Below, in pieces: positions 16,576 through 28,727 of a stretch of DNA of 64,000 bases (the first letter of the stretch is position 1; the number at the start of each line of letters is the position of its first letter). Location of the stretch: positions 1 through 64,000 of IMG/VR virus record IMGVR_UViG_3300027833_003138; one strand, 5' to 3'. Below the pieces are notes generated by a model, which made no database searches, was not told the DNA's origin, and saw nothing but the letters and a program-made list of their open reading frames with translations. This DNA comes from a virus. Position numbers and translations under genes: made by a program.

Positions 16576-19500
16576 TTATTTGTCAAGAACTTTTTTATTA
16601 TTTGATGTTCTATTTATTCTTAATAAGTCTTGTTGTATTTGATTGATATAATTGTATGTATTATTTGCATCAATTATTTTATTGTTTGGATATTTTGTGC
16701 AATGATAAAGATCATCAACAAATTCATTTAGCTTGGCGAGTTTAAGATAAACATATTCTTTTTCGGTCAACTCGTTTCTCAACTCAGACTCGCTTGCGAA
16801 CAAACCAACCTTTGGGGATAGCGACTTAATCATTAAATAAAAATTCCTTTCAATCTTAATCTTGCTCGGCTTGCTTCGACTCTTGCGATGCGAACTGCAT
16901 CTGCTTTTTGAGATAGTTTTGTTGAATAGTATATACTATCCTCGTCAACTGATCCATAATTCGCAAACTTACCTTGCTTATTCGCAGGTGTGTGTTTACC
17001 ACTTTTAATATCTGCCATTACTTGGCTCGCTCTCGCATTTTTCGCAATACTCATAATTTTATCTTTTTTTGTTTGTTGTTAAGCAATTATTGGTTTATGT
17101 ATTCTAGTATATCAGAATGTAATATATTGTCAAGTCTTTTTTTAAGAAACGAATCCGTATGTTGGTAAATCAAATTCATGATCGAACATTCCTACTTCGT
17201 CCCATCCATAGAGAATCAATGCTTGATCGAGATCATCTTTCATTAAATCTTTTCTGTCAATGACTGCGAGTTCGCTACCATTTGGTATCATGCCGTCAAC
17301 ATTTTTTATGTCAATCTCTTGAAATGTCATAGTACTTTTCCTCCGACTCTATATACTGACCATTGTTCTTCTCCTTGATAAGAAATGTATTGATCGTCAT
17401 TCTCTGCCCAATCAACTGCTCCTTTAAGTGAACGAAAATAAAGAGGCGATTCGCTCGGACTCGCATCATCTACTAACATATATACTCCTTCTGCGACATC
17501 GCATGGGTTGGCATTCTTTTCTTTTTCTGCTTGAGCTTGCCACTCAAGATATTCAATTTGTTCTTCGCAATAATTCATAACCCTAAGTATATCAGATTAG
17601 GATTTCTTGTCAAGCCTCTTTTTATTAAACTTGCTTTTTCCTCCGAATGCTCCTGTTGGAGTGGCGAGTCCTCCTTTGTGACCAACCATTCCTTTTCCGC
17701 TTTTCTTTTTTCCAACTAAGTATTTATTTTGATTCATATTTTATTAAATTTTGTTTGCGATTAACCTGTATGCTTTATCTACTGCAAGAGACATTAATGT
17801 TAAAAGTGTTACTGCTCCTACGCAACTTACTATTGAATGTATTATTTCGTATATCATATTGTATAATTTATTTTGTATAATTAAGTGTTTATTTGAGTTG
17901 TATTGTTTTGCCTTTTATATCATGCAATTGTATTGTTTATTTAGTATATTGTATTGTATAAGAGTATATACTATATTTGTGCATCTTATATCATGCAAAA
18001 ATTTGTTTATTTATTTCTTAATATTTGGGCGATCAACATTAGTGTTTTATTTAAATCAGATAATTCTTTTCTTATATCATCCGAGTAACCATTAGATATT
18101 GATATTTGTTCTTTAACTCTTTCTAATTCTTTAGCAATTTCGTTCATATTTAATAGTATGGCAGATTATTTGGCGATTGTCAAGAACTAATTTTGCTCAC
18201 CGCGACTTTATTTAAAAATTTATACTATTAACTATTATTATTTGATGTAAATATTTGTACGATTAAATTCGGGCGAGTCAGTCCACATTCCTTTGGCATA
18301 TTTGCCGTTATTTGTCTTGAGATTGATTGTCTCGTATAAATGTTTCAACATTGCCTTGTCATCTTTGCTTTGTTTATTTGATGTTTTATTTTTTGCAATT
18401 ACTTTATTAATATCATCTAATATATAATCAATTTCTCTTCTTATGTGCATGGTTTATATGTTTTTGTTTTTTAATTTTATTAAATATTCTTTTAAATTGC
18501 GAGCTTCTATAAATGCTCTATCTATATTATCATTCTCTATGTGAAAAGATAAACTCTCATTGCTTGTGATTACTGCTTCTGTTTCTTCATCACTAAACGA
18601 CATAATATTTTGTTCAATTAATTGTATTATTTCATATGATAAATGCAATACATCATCATCATTATATTTATTTGTCATCGTTTACTATATCATTTAATAA
18701 TTGTAATGTATATTTAGCTTCCCACAATGCTTTTTGTCTTTCGCCTAATTCCATGTAAAAATTCATGCTACTATTGCAGAGATTTATGGTTTCGGCATCA
18801 TCGGTCGTTAGCTTTCCAATCTTTGTATTGAATATTTCTATTATTTCGGCACTTATCTTTTGTAATTCATCCATTTTTTTGTGCAATTAAGTTTCGGCTT
18901 ATTATTTATTTTTTATTTTGTTGATCTGAATTTAAGTATCCTCTTTTATTTCACTGCTTGGGGGAAAATGAGGTAGGCTTTCGAGTATTTTTTTTATTTC
19001 TTCCTCGCTTATCGTTGGGGGATTAACATTTTTGTCGCTCGATTGTTCGTTGTCTATGTTTTCTTCTGTCATAATATACTATATACTATACAATACAATA
19101 CAAGCGATGTCAAGAATAAATGAGAATAATTAGTAATAAATCAAAAATATTATTAACTATTGTAAATTATTATTAATCTCTAGTAATGATTGGAAAGCCG
19201 TGAGAATTACGAACAATTGATTGCTTCTTCGGCAATTCGCTCGACATCAACCTCTTGATCCGCAGAACTTGATAAAATATTTTGTTCAATAAACCTCTCG
19301 TTATCAGCACTAATTGTATTAATTTTTTCATGTAATTGAGTTATTTTACTTTGTATTTCTTGTATTGTATTAATATCTTCTATATTTGTAAGGCAATGAT
19401 CTACTAATTTTCTTAAACAATAATCTAATGTAGATGAATAACAAACTAAATGCCACTTATATTCTACTTTATTTGATGTAATATTTTGTGCGATTCCGCC

Positions 19501-19623
19501 ATCAACAGGTTTTCCGTTTCTTCCAAATGGATTTTTTGCTTGTTGTTTTATCTTTCTTTCTTCCACACATAGATTTAATGAATCATATTTTCTTATTCTG
19601 TAATTGTCTATTTGAATTTGCAT
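16576..19623 (-). other. Cluster of small hypothetical CDSs (16576, 16833, 17142, 17327, 18238, 18454, 18668, 19207)
   Basis: Minus-strand ORFs with frequent TTGACA promoters; 18454 and 18668 are tandem paralogs. Confidence 0.7.
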
Positions 19624-19942
19624 AATTTTTTTATTTGTTGTTAAGTTATAATCGAATGTTTTATTTTATACATTTAAGTCGGGCAACCCACTATCAACTT
19701 TTTTTAATTTATTTTCAGTTATTTAATGTATTTAAAATTGTTATTATTAATTGTATATTATGTATAGTAATATTTGTATTGTATTGTATTATATTCCTTA
19801 TATAGAATGGTATATTGTTGTATATAGTATCTAATGATATAAGAGAATAAGAAACAGGGATTCTACAAGGCATTCCTTGGTATGCTTGTTTTAAGTTGTT
19901 TGATATGTTGTATTATATGTAGCAATATATGTTTTAATATGT

Positions 19943-21133
19943 TTATTCGTAGTTTCTGAATGCTATTGCATACGGAAAGCGTGGAATTCCATCGGGAGTA
20001 AGTTGGAAATACTTAATGGTTGCTAACTGACCAATATAATCTTTGCGATTATCGTATATCTCTTTAAGGTAGTCGAATGAACCTTTGATATTACTATTGA
20101 ATGTGGTTTTCGTTGTCGGACAATAACACACTAAATGTTTTGCAGTTCCACTACGATTGCCATTACCAACATCAATATCTACAATCTTATATTCTGAATC
20201 AATAAATTCTTTTCTTTTTAATAATGATGTGCTTCTCTTGTTATCATATTTACTTGAGTTCTTGCGAACCATTTGTCCTTCGTAACCTTGTTCAAGATAT
20301 TGACCATACAAGCTATTTAGATTGCCGAGAGAATAAACTTCTGATGTTTCGACTAATACAATATGTTTGTTTGTCATTAATTTTTCTTTCAACTCTTCCA
20401 TTCTAAAGTCAAACGATTGTGATTCATTCACTACATCATTTAGTTTTGGGCAATCATATACATGATATTGAATTGTATCTTCTGCCTCAATAACTCTAGA
20501 TTGATATTCAATTTGTTTTTTCGCAAATGCTTTATCAGTCATTTTGTCTGACTTGATTGGTCTTTGCTTGCGAACAAGAGAAGTAATCTTATTAAAGTTG
20601 TCTCGAAGGTCGTGGTTGTATAGTTCTCCATCAAGAATAGCTTTAGGATGGGCTAGAAAGAACCCATTTAGGCTTTTCAAGATGTGAGGAATACATTCTA
20701 TCTCTTTGCCATTGCGAGTCCTTCCAATGAGCGTATCGCCTTCTTTGCGTACTATGCAACGAATGCCATCTAATTTTGGTTGCGAGTAAACAGGATACTT
20801 TCCAACTAATTCATCTTGACGATCCTTGAAGTTGTGTGCGAGCATCGGCTCATAGAACTTTTTTTTCTGTGCATCTATCTCGTTAAGAGCATATCCACTA
20901 TCCAATTTCTTTTGAAATTTAGCTTGAGCTTGCAATTCTGCTTGACCTTCGGGAGTTGTTTCGTTACTTCGCCCAACATTCTTGGCGATTGTGGTTGTGG
21001 CTTTATCTTGAGTCTTCTTACCATCAACCAAACCTTTAACTGCGTAAAATGAAGCACCATCAATGTGCATCGTCCATTCTCGCAATTTTCCTTTAGTATC
21101 TATCTTGTATAATGTCTGCAATGTTTTAATCAT
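19943..21133 (-). CDS. lig: ATP-dependent DNA ligase
   Basis: Motif I QPKLDGIR, LDGELY, YHVYD, EGQMVR, LLKRK, IPRFP. Confidence 0.95.
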   Translation of the reverse strand: MIKTLQTLYKIDTKGKLREWTMHIDGASFYAVKGLVDGKKTQDKATTTIAKNVGRSNETTPEGQAELQAQAKFQKKLDSGYALNEIDAQKKKFYEPMLAHNFKDRQDELVGKYPVYSQPKLDGIRCIVRKEGDTLIGRTRNGKEIECIPHILKSLNGFFLAHPKAILDGELYNHDLRDNFNKITSLVRKQRPIKSDKMTDKAFAKKQIEYQSRVIEAEDTIQYHVYDCPKLNDVVNESQSFDFRMEELKEKLMTNKHIVLVETSEVYSLGNLNSLYGQYLEQGYEGQMVRKNSSKYDNKRSTSLLKRKEFIDSEYKIVDIDVGNGNRSGTAKHLVCYCPTTKTTFNSNIKGSFDYLKEIYDNRKDYIGQLATIKYFQLTPDGIPRFPYAIAFRNYE

Positions 21134-21391
21134 AAGTACATTCTATGAAGTTTTTTTGTTATTGTCAACCTTTTAAATTAGTTTTTGTAAGATTTTTAAT
21201 TCTTTGATTCCTAAGTGTTTAGATAAATACAAGCAAAAATCTATTAAATTAGCCCGATTTGAGAATACAATGTCATGTCGAATGTAATCTGCGACTTGAG
21301 CATATTGTCCATCTTGCCAACGCTCTGTTAATTGCAGAAATAAATTAGTTTGATTATCTTGGTTCATATTTAATCTTATTTGTTTTCTTAT

Positions 21392-21952
21392 TTAATTAAC
21401 TTTGTAGAACATTACAAATACTTTTCTTGGTTGTTTGAATTCATTTGGATATTTGCTATGAAAGTAATTGCAAGGATATGATAATAATCTGTTTTGCTTA
21501 TAACCTATTACTGATTTCAATGTCCACTTATCTTTATTTTCTGAATCTTCCAATAGGATTCTATTAAACTCTTCGTCATCCTTGCTTGTGTATATTTCTC
21601 CATATTCTTTATGTTCCCAAAATGCAGTTCCATTTAATTCTTTTGAATCTTCTGAATCCATAAACAAAACAATTGCTCTATCGGGTTGTTCTCCCATGAT
21701 AATCGTATCATTGTGAATTCTCCAAGAATCATCTTGACCTTCTTTTGCTTCCCTAAAGAAAGACAAAATCTTCTGAACGCTTTTCTGTTCAACTTTTTCA
21801 ATTTGACTTATCACATAATCGTCAAACTCAGAAGAAACAGGTTTTACCCAAAAAGAATAATCGTGAGTTGGATATTCTACAAAATCTGAATCATCAATCA
21901 AAAACTCTCTCATCAAATGATGTGGCAAAAAGTTATCTAGTGCGTAAATCAT
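21392..21952 (-). CDS. 2OG-Fe(II) oxygenase-like protein
   Basis: HxD (IHND), GTAFW, NRLLSY...FHS. Confidence 0.7.
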   Translation of the reverse strand: MIYALDNFLPHHLMREFLIDDSDFVEYPTHDYSFWVKPVSSEFDDYVISQIEKVEQKSVQKILSFFREAKEGQDDSWRIHNDTIIMGEQPDRAIVLFMDSEDSKELNGTAFWEHKEYGEIYTSKDDEEFNRILLEDSENKDKWTLKSVIGYKQNRLLSYPCNYFHSKYPNEFKQPRKVFVMFYKVN

Positions 21953-22413
21953 AATTCTTTAAAGTAAGTTGTTTGAATTAACTTGTAATCCATTCTTTCG
22001 TAAATACTCTTTACTTTTTCGGGCATAGAATTTTCTAGGTAAACCATCATCATTCTTTTTGCTCCCATTTCTTTTGCGACTTGTTGACCCTTAATTAAAA
22101 GCTTCAAGCCTTGCCCTCTATGATTCTCGTCTACATACCAAAAAGATTCCATACAAGTCATTACTCCATCTTCAAAACTTGGTGAAACGAGCAAGCCAAT
22201 TGCCCCTATAAACTTATCGTCTTTTTTGAGTGCTAGTATTTTTCCTCTACCATTCTCAATCGTAAAGAACCAATTTTCAATCCAAAGATCAGATGCTTCT
22301 TGACCCTCTTCTGTTTCCCTTGAGAGTTGCTTGTAAGGCATGACCTTGTAAAACTCAATCAGAACATCTTGCAGTTCTTCAAGCTCGGATTCAGTTGAAA
22401 CTTCAACAATCAT
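21949..22413 (-). CDS. GNAT-family acetyltransferase
   Basis: WYVDENHRGQGLKL motif A; YERMDY. Confidence 0.8.
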   Translation of the reverse strand: MIVEVSTESELEELQDVLIEFYKVMPYKQLSRETEEGQEASDLWIENWFFTIENGRGKILALKKDDKFIGAIGLLVSPSFEDGVMTCMESFWYVDENHRGQGLKLLIKGQQVAKEMGAKRMMMVYLENSMPEKVKSIYERMDYKLIQTTYFKEL

Positions 22414-22570
22414 TTTCTAAGTGATCCCAAGGAAATCCTTCAATTTGATCTAAAACTTCGTTCAGACAACTTAATTCTGAAATGTACGCTTGTTCTTCTG
22501 CTTGGCAAATTGTGTGTGCATTTGCACAAAATTCCATACGCTCGTATATTTTATTTATTATTTCTTGCAT

Positions 22571-25500
22571 TTATTTTTTTCTCCATCTTGATTGTTTTAA
22601 TGAAAGTTTGATTTGTTTGAAATTCAAGTAAACATGATTTAATGTATTTAAATAATTTGTGTTTTTATTTAAGTAGGTAATCATGTTCTTTTCTGTATGA
22701 AAGTTTATTTGTTTGTCTTCTTCGTTGTCCTTGTATGAAATGTTGTACTTCAAAATGGAATCTCGTCCCTTGGGTCTTGCTTGAAACTTCTAATATCTTT
22801 CTTTCTGCCCATCTTTTGCTCGAATGTCCTTGTGTTATGCTTAATATAACACTTGTTGCCATGCTCGTCAAGTTTATTATAAGCGACTGCAAAACCTAAT
22901 TTCTTTAGGGACTCAAGGTCAACATCATCAATAGTTTGATTGCGAACCATGTTGTTAATTGCTTCCTTGTGAACGGAAGTTACTATATAAATCGGACGAT
23001 CATATTCATCCATCTCTCCATCTTTTTTTTCAACTAAAATTTCGTCTTTCATTTTGATCCTCCATTTATATTTTCTAAGTAATTTTCTTTTGCTTGCTTT
23101 CTCATTGCATCAACAATTTCTTGGTCAACTAAACTATTTATTCTTTCCATATCCTCGATATAAACTTCGGGATAATGTTTTTCAATTACATTCGCAATTT
23201 CTTCTGTGCAATCGTAAAATGTTTTCGTTGTTTTGTCGTGATCCTCTGTTTTCATTGGCAATTTTTTTGTCATAATTAAAGAATAAAGTAAATTCTAGTT
23301 CTTGTCAAGTCTTTTATCTTCTGATGTAAAAATCGATTATAAATGCCAATGCAATTGAACAAATAAATATTGTCGATAAAGTCAAGTCATTCATTTGCGT
23401 ATTTATCCAACTCACCTTTTAATCTCCAAAAGAATTTGTTACAATTAAGGCAAACAATAAAACCAATACACAAGCAGTAATTACATTAATTGCATAAAAA
23501 ACATCGGGTAAATTATGAATTAAATTGTTCATAAGGAGTTTCCATGCTCGTCATCACATATTGTATTTAAATGTTGATTCGATCCTTTATCGTGACATTC
23601 ATATTCTTCTTCATGTTCGTTTAATGCTTTTTCAATAACACTAGCAAGAACCATACTTTCGCCATATTCTAGCATACTATATCCTTCGCCAACAAAAATA
23701 GAACGATTTTGACATTCAACATAAATTTCTGCTCCGCCTTTTCGAGTTTCTGTTTTCCACTTCATTTTTTAATTTCTTTAAGTTTGTGTTGTTTTGCGAA
23801 TTCAATATCTGATTCTAAGTTTGACATTAATATCATATCTGAATTAACGAAAATTCTCATGCAACTAACTCTATGCCTTGTTGATGAGGAACTAAGACTT
23901 CAAAAAGAAATCTGCGAACTGATTCAGTTATATCTAATAACTCGGAAAATTCGTTGTAACTAAGTGAATTGCTATCTCCTTGTCCACCATAGCAAATTCG
24001 ATAACCTTCTTCAAGTGGGCAAATATTCTGACCTCTTTTCTTGGTATAGTGTCCATTCTGACCTTGATACCATGTCCATTCGCAATGAAATGAATTTATG
24101 TAAATCAATATATTAACTTGCCCAAGATTATTGCCAACGCTATCTTTTCTGTGAGTGCAATCAACAAAGTCAACATTCGCACTAGGAAATTCTGACTTAA
24201 CATCTTTGAGTTGTACATGAACTGCACGATAATTTTCACTTCCATGATACGAGCCGTTGTTCCATGAACTAGTATGCAATTTGCCGTTCGTCTTTTTGCA
24301 CATTTGTGCATCACGATCACTCTTGCTTTTATAACTCAACACATTTTCTTGTGGCATTAACTTTTTAATAACATTATTACTTTTAAATATAATGTCTTCG
24401 GGACTCCATGTGTTCCAATTTACTTTCGCATTTTTAAAATAATTCATTTTTTCAATTTGGTTTTATTGTTTATTCTTAATATACTATATTAGCAATTAGC
24501 CATTGTCAATCTTTTTTTGCTCCATTCTTGTTAAATTATATTCTTCTTCTGTGATATAACTATAACTTGATAAAAATTCTTGTTTAGTTAATTCGTTAAA
24601 GTCTTGCATCTTTTCTTTATCATCGACAAAATCAGAATGATTATGGTGATGGCAGTCAAATTCGTTTATTGAGAAATTCTTAAAATGTTTGCCGTGGTTG
24701 TCGTAGAAATCTCGCACAACCTCTAACGCTTCCATAACTCTCTTGCTATTTGGGTTTTCTTCACAATCCCCAATGGCAGATGTTTCTGCTTCGTCTAATA
24801 CTAACTCTATTGCTTCGGATAATTTCATTGTTCTTCCTCATCGTCTCCAAAGCCCCGATCTTCTTCAGCAGTAGCGACAACCAATAACTTCACGCTATCA
24901 CTTTCGCCTGTTAATTCAAAATGGTCGCAGACTTCGCCAAAAATAGAACCATCTTCGGGACTAAAATATAACCACTTACAATTTTGCTCCTTGCCATCAA
25001 CCTCTGTCTCAATAATATCCCATTCGTATTCAAGTAATCTAGCTTTTTGATATTTTGTTAATTTCATTTGTTTTGTTTTTTAACATATAAGTCTTCTTGT
25101 TTTAATTTCCACGCAATCTCTCCTTCTGTAGGATCAGCATATTCGATATTGAAATCAGAGTCAATCATAATTTCATCATTTGTCATGTCTCTAACTTTTT
25201 GCTTCGCCTCTTCTTGAGATTTAGCTTCAACATAAAAGCAGTTGTGGATCGTAACTCCAACGCAATATTCTTCCATAATTAATCTTTCCAAACTTCATCG
25301 AATCCAACTAATGCTTCGGTATCTCCACCGATATAGTCTCCATCGAATCCATTTTTGTTTTCAACTATCAATGCTCCTCTTGATTGAATCTGTTTTACTT
25401 TTCCACATTGTTCAATGTCGCATTTAAATCCAACCCAATCGCCAACATTGACTTCAAACTCTTCGTCCCATTTGTTTTTAATTTTCATCTAAATTAAAGT

Positions 25501-27170
25501 GTTCTACATTGCAATTAAATAATTCTTCATCTTTATCCATGATTGCACAAAGATCATCATAAACATAGGACATAAGATCGTCTAAGTCCATATCGTCAAC
25601 AATTTTTTGTGCGACTACCATTACATTTTCATCTGTATAATTCATAAATCCCATTCTCCATTTTTTACATTATCAATATCTTGCATCGCTTTGTCGTATG
25701 CAGTCGTATCGCTATGATCTTCAACCTCGTCATCATATAATTCGACTATGTCTTTTGCATAATTAACATTAAATGATTCTTGTTTAACTAATCTTTGTAA
25801 CTCTTCTATTAGTGCTTGTCTATATGTTTGCATGAGTATAAGTATGTACTATGTTTCAATCTTTGTCAACCCCAAAAAGTTGATCCCATTCTTCTTTAAT
25901 TTCAAGATCAGAAATGTTATCTAGTCCCTCGTATCCATCAATAAGCAAACTAATAATGTCGGAGACATTCATATTCATTGCTTCTGCTTCTGCGAGGTCA
26001 TAACGCATATCGTCCACGCTTGGTTCTTCGTCTCTCATTTGTCTTTCAGTTGTTCTCATCGCTAATTTTATCTAATTTTTCGTATAATTCGTCAATTTGT
26101 TTTTCTACGCTAGAAATATATTTTATTTCATCGGGTTCTCTTGAATACATAAACTCAAGTTCCATTTCTAAATCTTTGATTGATTTAATTAAATCAATTT
26201 TTTCTTCTTGTTGTTCTTGCACTTTACTTAGAGTTTTGTGATTCATGTTCTTCGATTAGTTGTTCGTAAGTTGGATAATCGTCACCTATGATTGGTGGAG
26301 TTTTATCATCACCCAATCGCTCAAGAAGAGACTCGTTTTTATTGACAACTTCACCAATTAATTCATCCATTTGTTTTTTACTTAACTTTGGGGTTGGTTT
26401 AAAAATATTAAAAATTTTAGAAAATAAACTCATCGTACATAAAAATAGGTTTGTTTTTGTCTTCCATTCCATTGAATGTTCCAAGAGTGTTAAACTCAAA
26501 CCATTCAAGTGCTTCTTCTTCGTTCATATCATCTTCATCCATCAATGCACGAATAATCTTGGTTACTGAATATACAATTCTGCAATTAGTATCACTCCCG
26601 ATAATCGCACGATTAAAGGTTGATCTAGGTTCAAGCACAATCGCCTCTTCGTTAATATCTGACAACTCTTCTAGGATTTGATCTCCTTCTGTTAATTCAA
26701 CTTCTTTTTCCATAATTTTATTTACTAATTTTTCTTCAAAACAATCATCCGATAAATTTTCGGACTCATTGATAAAATCTTTGTCTATCATTCTAATATC
26801 CTATTAAACTTCTGCGAGATTGTCAACAACTAAATTCATAGAATCTGATAAAGTTGAATCTTCTTGGACTTCTTTAATTGAGATAGAAATTCGATCATCA
26901 AACTCTTCGAGTTCTGTTGGTAAAAAATTAAACTTAATGTGTTCTCCATCTTTAATGGATGAAATTTCTTGTGCAGTTAAACCTAATGTTATGTTATATT
27001 CTTTTGTCATATTACTTAATACTATCTAAAAAACTTTTCATTAATTTTACATGGTAGTGCATTAACACTAACTCCGATTGATCGTATTGCTCTTGTATGT
27101 GACCGATAAGTAAATAATGTTCTGTACAATCAATCAAATCTTGTAACGCTAATTTTTCTTTGTTATTCAT
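22571..27170 (-). other. Dense array of about 18 small hypothetical CDSs (incl. 23857..24447, 24496..24828, 26417..26791)
   Basis: Overlapping stop/start codons, acidic phage-type proteins, several leaderless promoters. Confidence 0.7.
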
Positions 27171-27943
27171 GCTTCTAAGCAGTAACTCCAATAGCGAGAA
27201 TTTCTTCTGCCTTGAACTTTGTTCCAATACATTTCTCTTGCAACATTTGCAGAAATGCCGTACTTATTGCAACGAGCAAGCCACTCATTCTCCATCTTCT
27301 CGTAGACTTTAAGACTGCTTGCATGACCATTAGAAAGATCGTGACCCATGAAACGAAGAAGATGAACATCCAAGCAACAAAGTTGCGATTCAGTTGGATA
27401 ACTAAGCGAAAGAGCATAAGTTGTCTTTGCGTTACCTAAACCATAAATCGTTCCAATTAGACGATTGCGACATTCTTGCCAAGTCTCGTCATCTTGCTTT
27501 TTGAACTGATCGGGATTCTCACGAAACTTCGTTACCAAGTCCCATAATCCACGCTCTCTACGCTCATACAAGCCGACTCTAGCTTTAACAACCATTTGCT
27601 TGAGCTTATCCTTGGATAAAGTCCAAGAAAGATCGCTCATGGCAATCTCGTAGCCTCGCACATTACTTTCCCAAGTTGTGTGAACGCTCATAATTGCGAA
27701 TACCCAACGAGCGAACATTTCTGCATCGTCTTTGGGAATTAAATTAGTCCAATAATCAGTCTCGCTTTTGACTGCTCCAAATTTAAGATTGGCGAAGAAC
27801 TTATCGACATTCCTAAATGGGTCAACTTCTTTTGGTGCTTTCGCATTCTCAAGAAGCAGTTGCACAGGAGCTATCGACTCAGCTAATGCGAGTGCTTTAC
27901 TTTCTAATTCTTCGTTTTTCAATGTATCTTTTGCAATGTTCAT
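27167..27943 (-). CDS. HhH-type (Ogg-like) DNA glycosylase-like protein
   Basis: FAIMSVHT, GLGNAKTTYAL, CLDVH. Confidence 0.65.
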   Translation of the reverse strand: MNIAKDTLKNEELESKALALAESIAPVQLLLENAKAPKEVDPFRNVDKFFANLKFGAVKSETDYWTNLIPKDDAEMFARWVFAIMSVHTTWESNVRGYEIAMSDLSWTLSKDKLKQMVVKARVGLYERRERGLWDLVTKFRENPDQFKKQDDETWQECRNRLIGTIYGLGNAKTTYALSLSYPTESQLCCLDVHLLRFMGHDLSNGHASSLKVYEKMENEWLARCNKYGISANVAREMYWNKVQGRRNSRYWSYCLEA

Positions 27944-28045
27944 AGTTATAAGTATGTCAGATTTTTAGGAAATGTCAATCATTTTTTTAAGAAAATTAAG
28001 TTTAATATAAGTTGTTGCTTTTTAATAGTTTGTGAAATAATCATT

Positions 28046-28453
28046 TTAAATTTCTGCGAAATCAAATAGAACAGGTTTGTTATTTAAGTGACCACAATTT
28101 AAAGGATGAACATCATAGCGTTCGCAATTCTTGTTTCCAATCTTATTTGCTATTTGCTTGAATGCTTTCTTGCAATTTGCGGTATCTGCTTTTTTCTGTA
28201 TCACAATTCTTTCGTCAATATAATATGGTTTTATGTAAAATTTTGTTAGTTTACTTGGTAAATCAGAAAATTCATCATTGAGGGAGTTGGCTATTTTAAT
28301 TACATAACCCAACTTATTTTTCGAGTAAATTGACTTGTAACTTCCAATGTCAATTAACTTGAACCCTCTAATGAGAATCTGCTGAACGAATTTTTCTGTA
28401 TTCTTTTCTAGTTCCAAGTAAAGATTAAAAATCTTCGACTTGGTTTGCCTCAT
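28046..28453 (-). CDS. Minimal protein-kinase-like protein
   Basis: IGSYKSIY (Gly loop), VIKIA, DVHPLNCG, VLFDF. Confidence 0.5.
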   Translation of the reverse strand: MRQTKSKIFNLYLELEKNTEKFVQQILIRGFKLIDIGSYKSIYSKNKLGYVIKIANSLNDEFSDLPSKLTKFYIKPYYIDERIVIQKKADTANCKKAFKQIANKIGNKNCERYDVHPLNCGHLNNKPVLFDFAEI

Positions 28454-28455
28454 CG

Positions 28456-28707
28456 TTATGAGACTCCAATTAAGGCATCATGTATTAAATGTCGAGTCTT
28501 ATAGTCTAATATTCGCCCTTCTTCATCTTGGGGAAGGCTACCTAACATATTTTCAAAATCTTGATTTAAGACTTCGCACATACAAGCAACCTTTCGATAG
28601 ATTCCGATTTCTTTATATTTAAGTATTGCCCACATTGAGTCTACTTGAGCCTCATTAGCTTGAGAGATTTTTTCAAGCAACTCTATTTGTTCTGTTTCTG
28701 TATTCAT
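28456..28707 (-). CDS. Hypothetical protein
   Basis: ORF downstream of rIIB. Confidence 0.7.
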   Translation of the reverse strand: MNTETEQIELLEKISQANEAQVDSMWAILKYKEIGIYRKVACMCEVLNQDFENMLGSLPQDEEGRILDYKTRHLIHDALIGVS

Positions 28708-28727
28708 AATTTTATTAAATTAATTGT

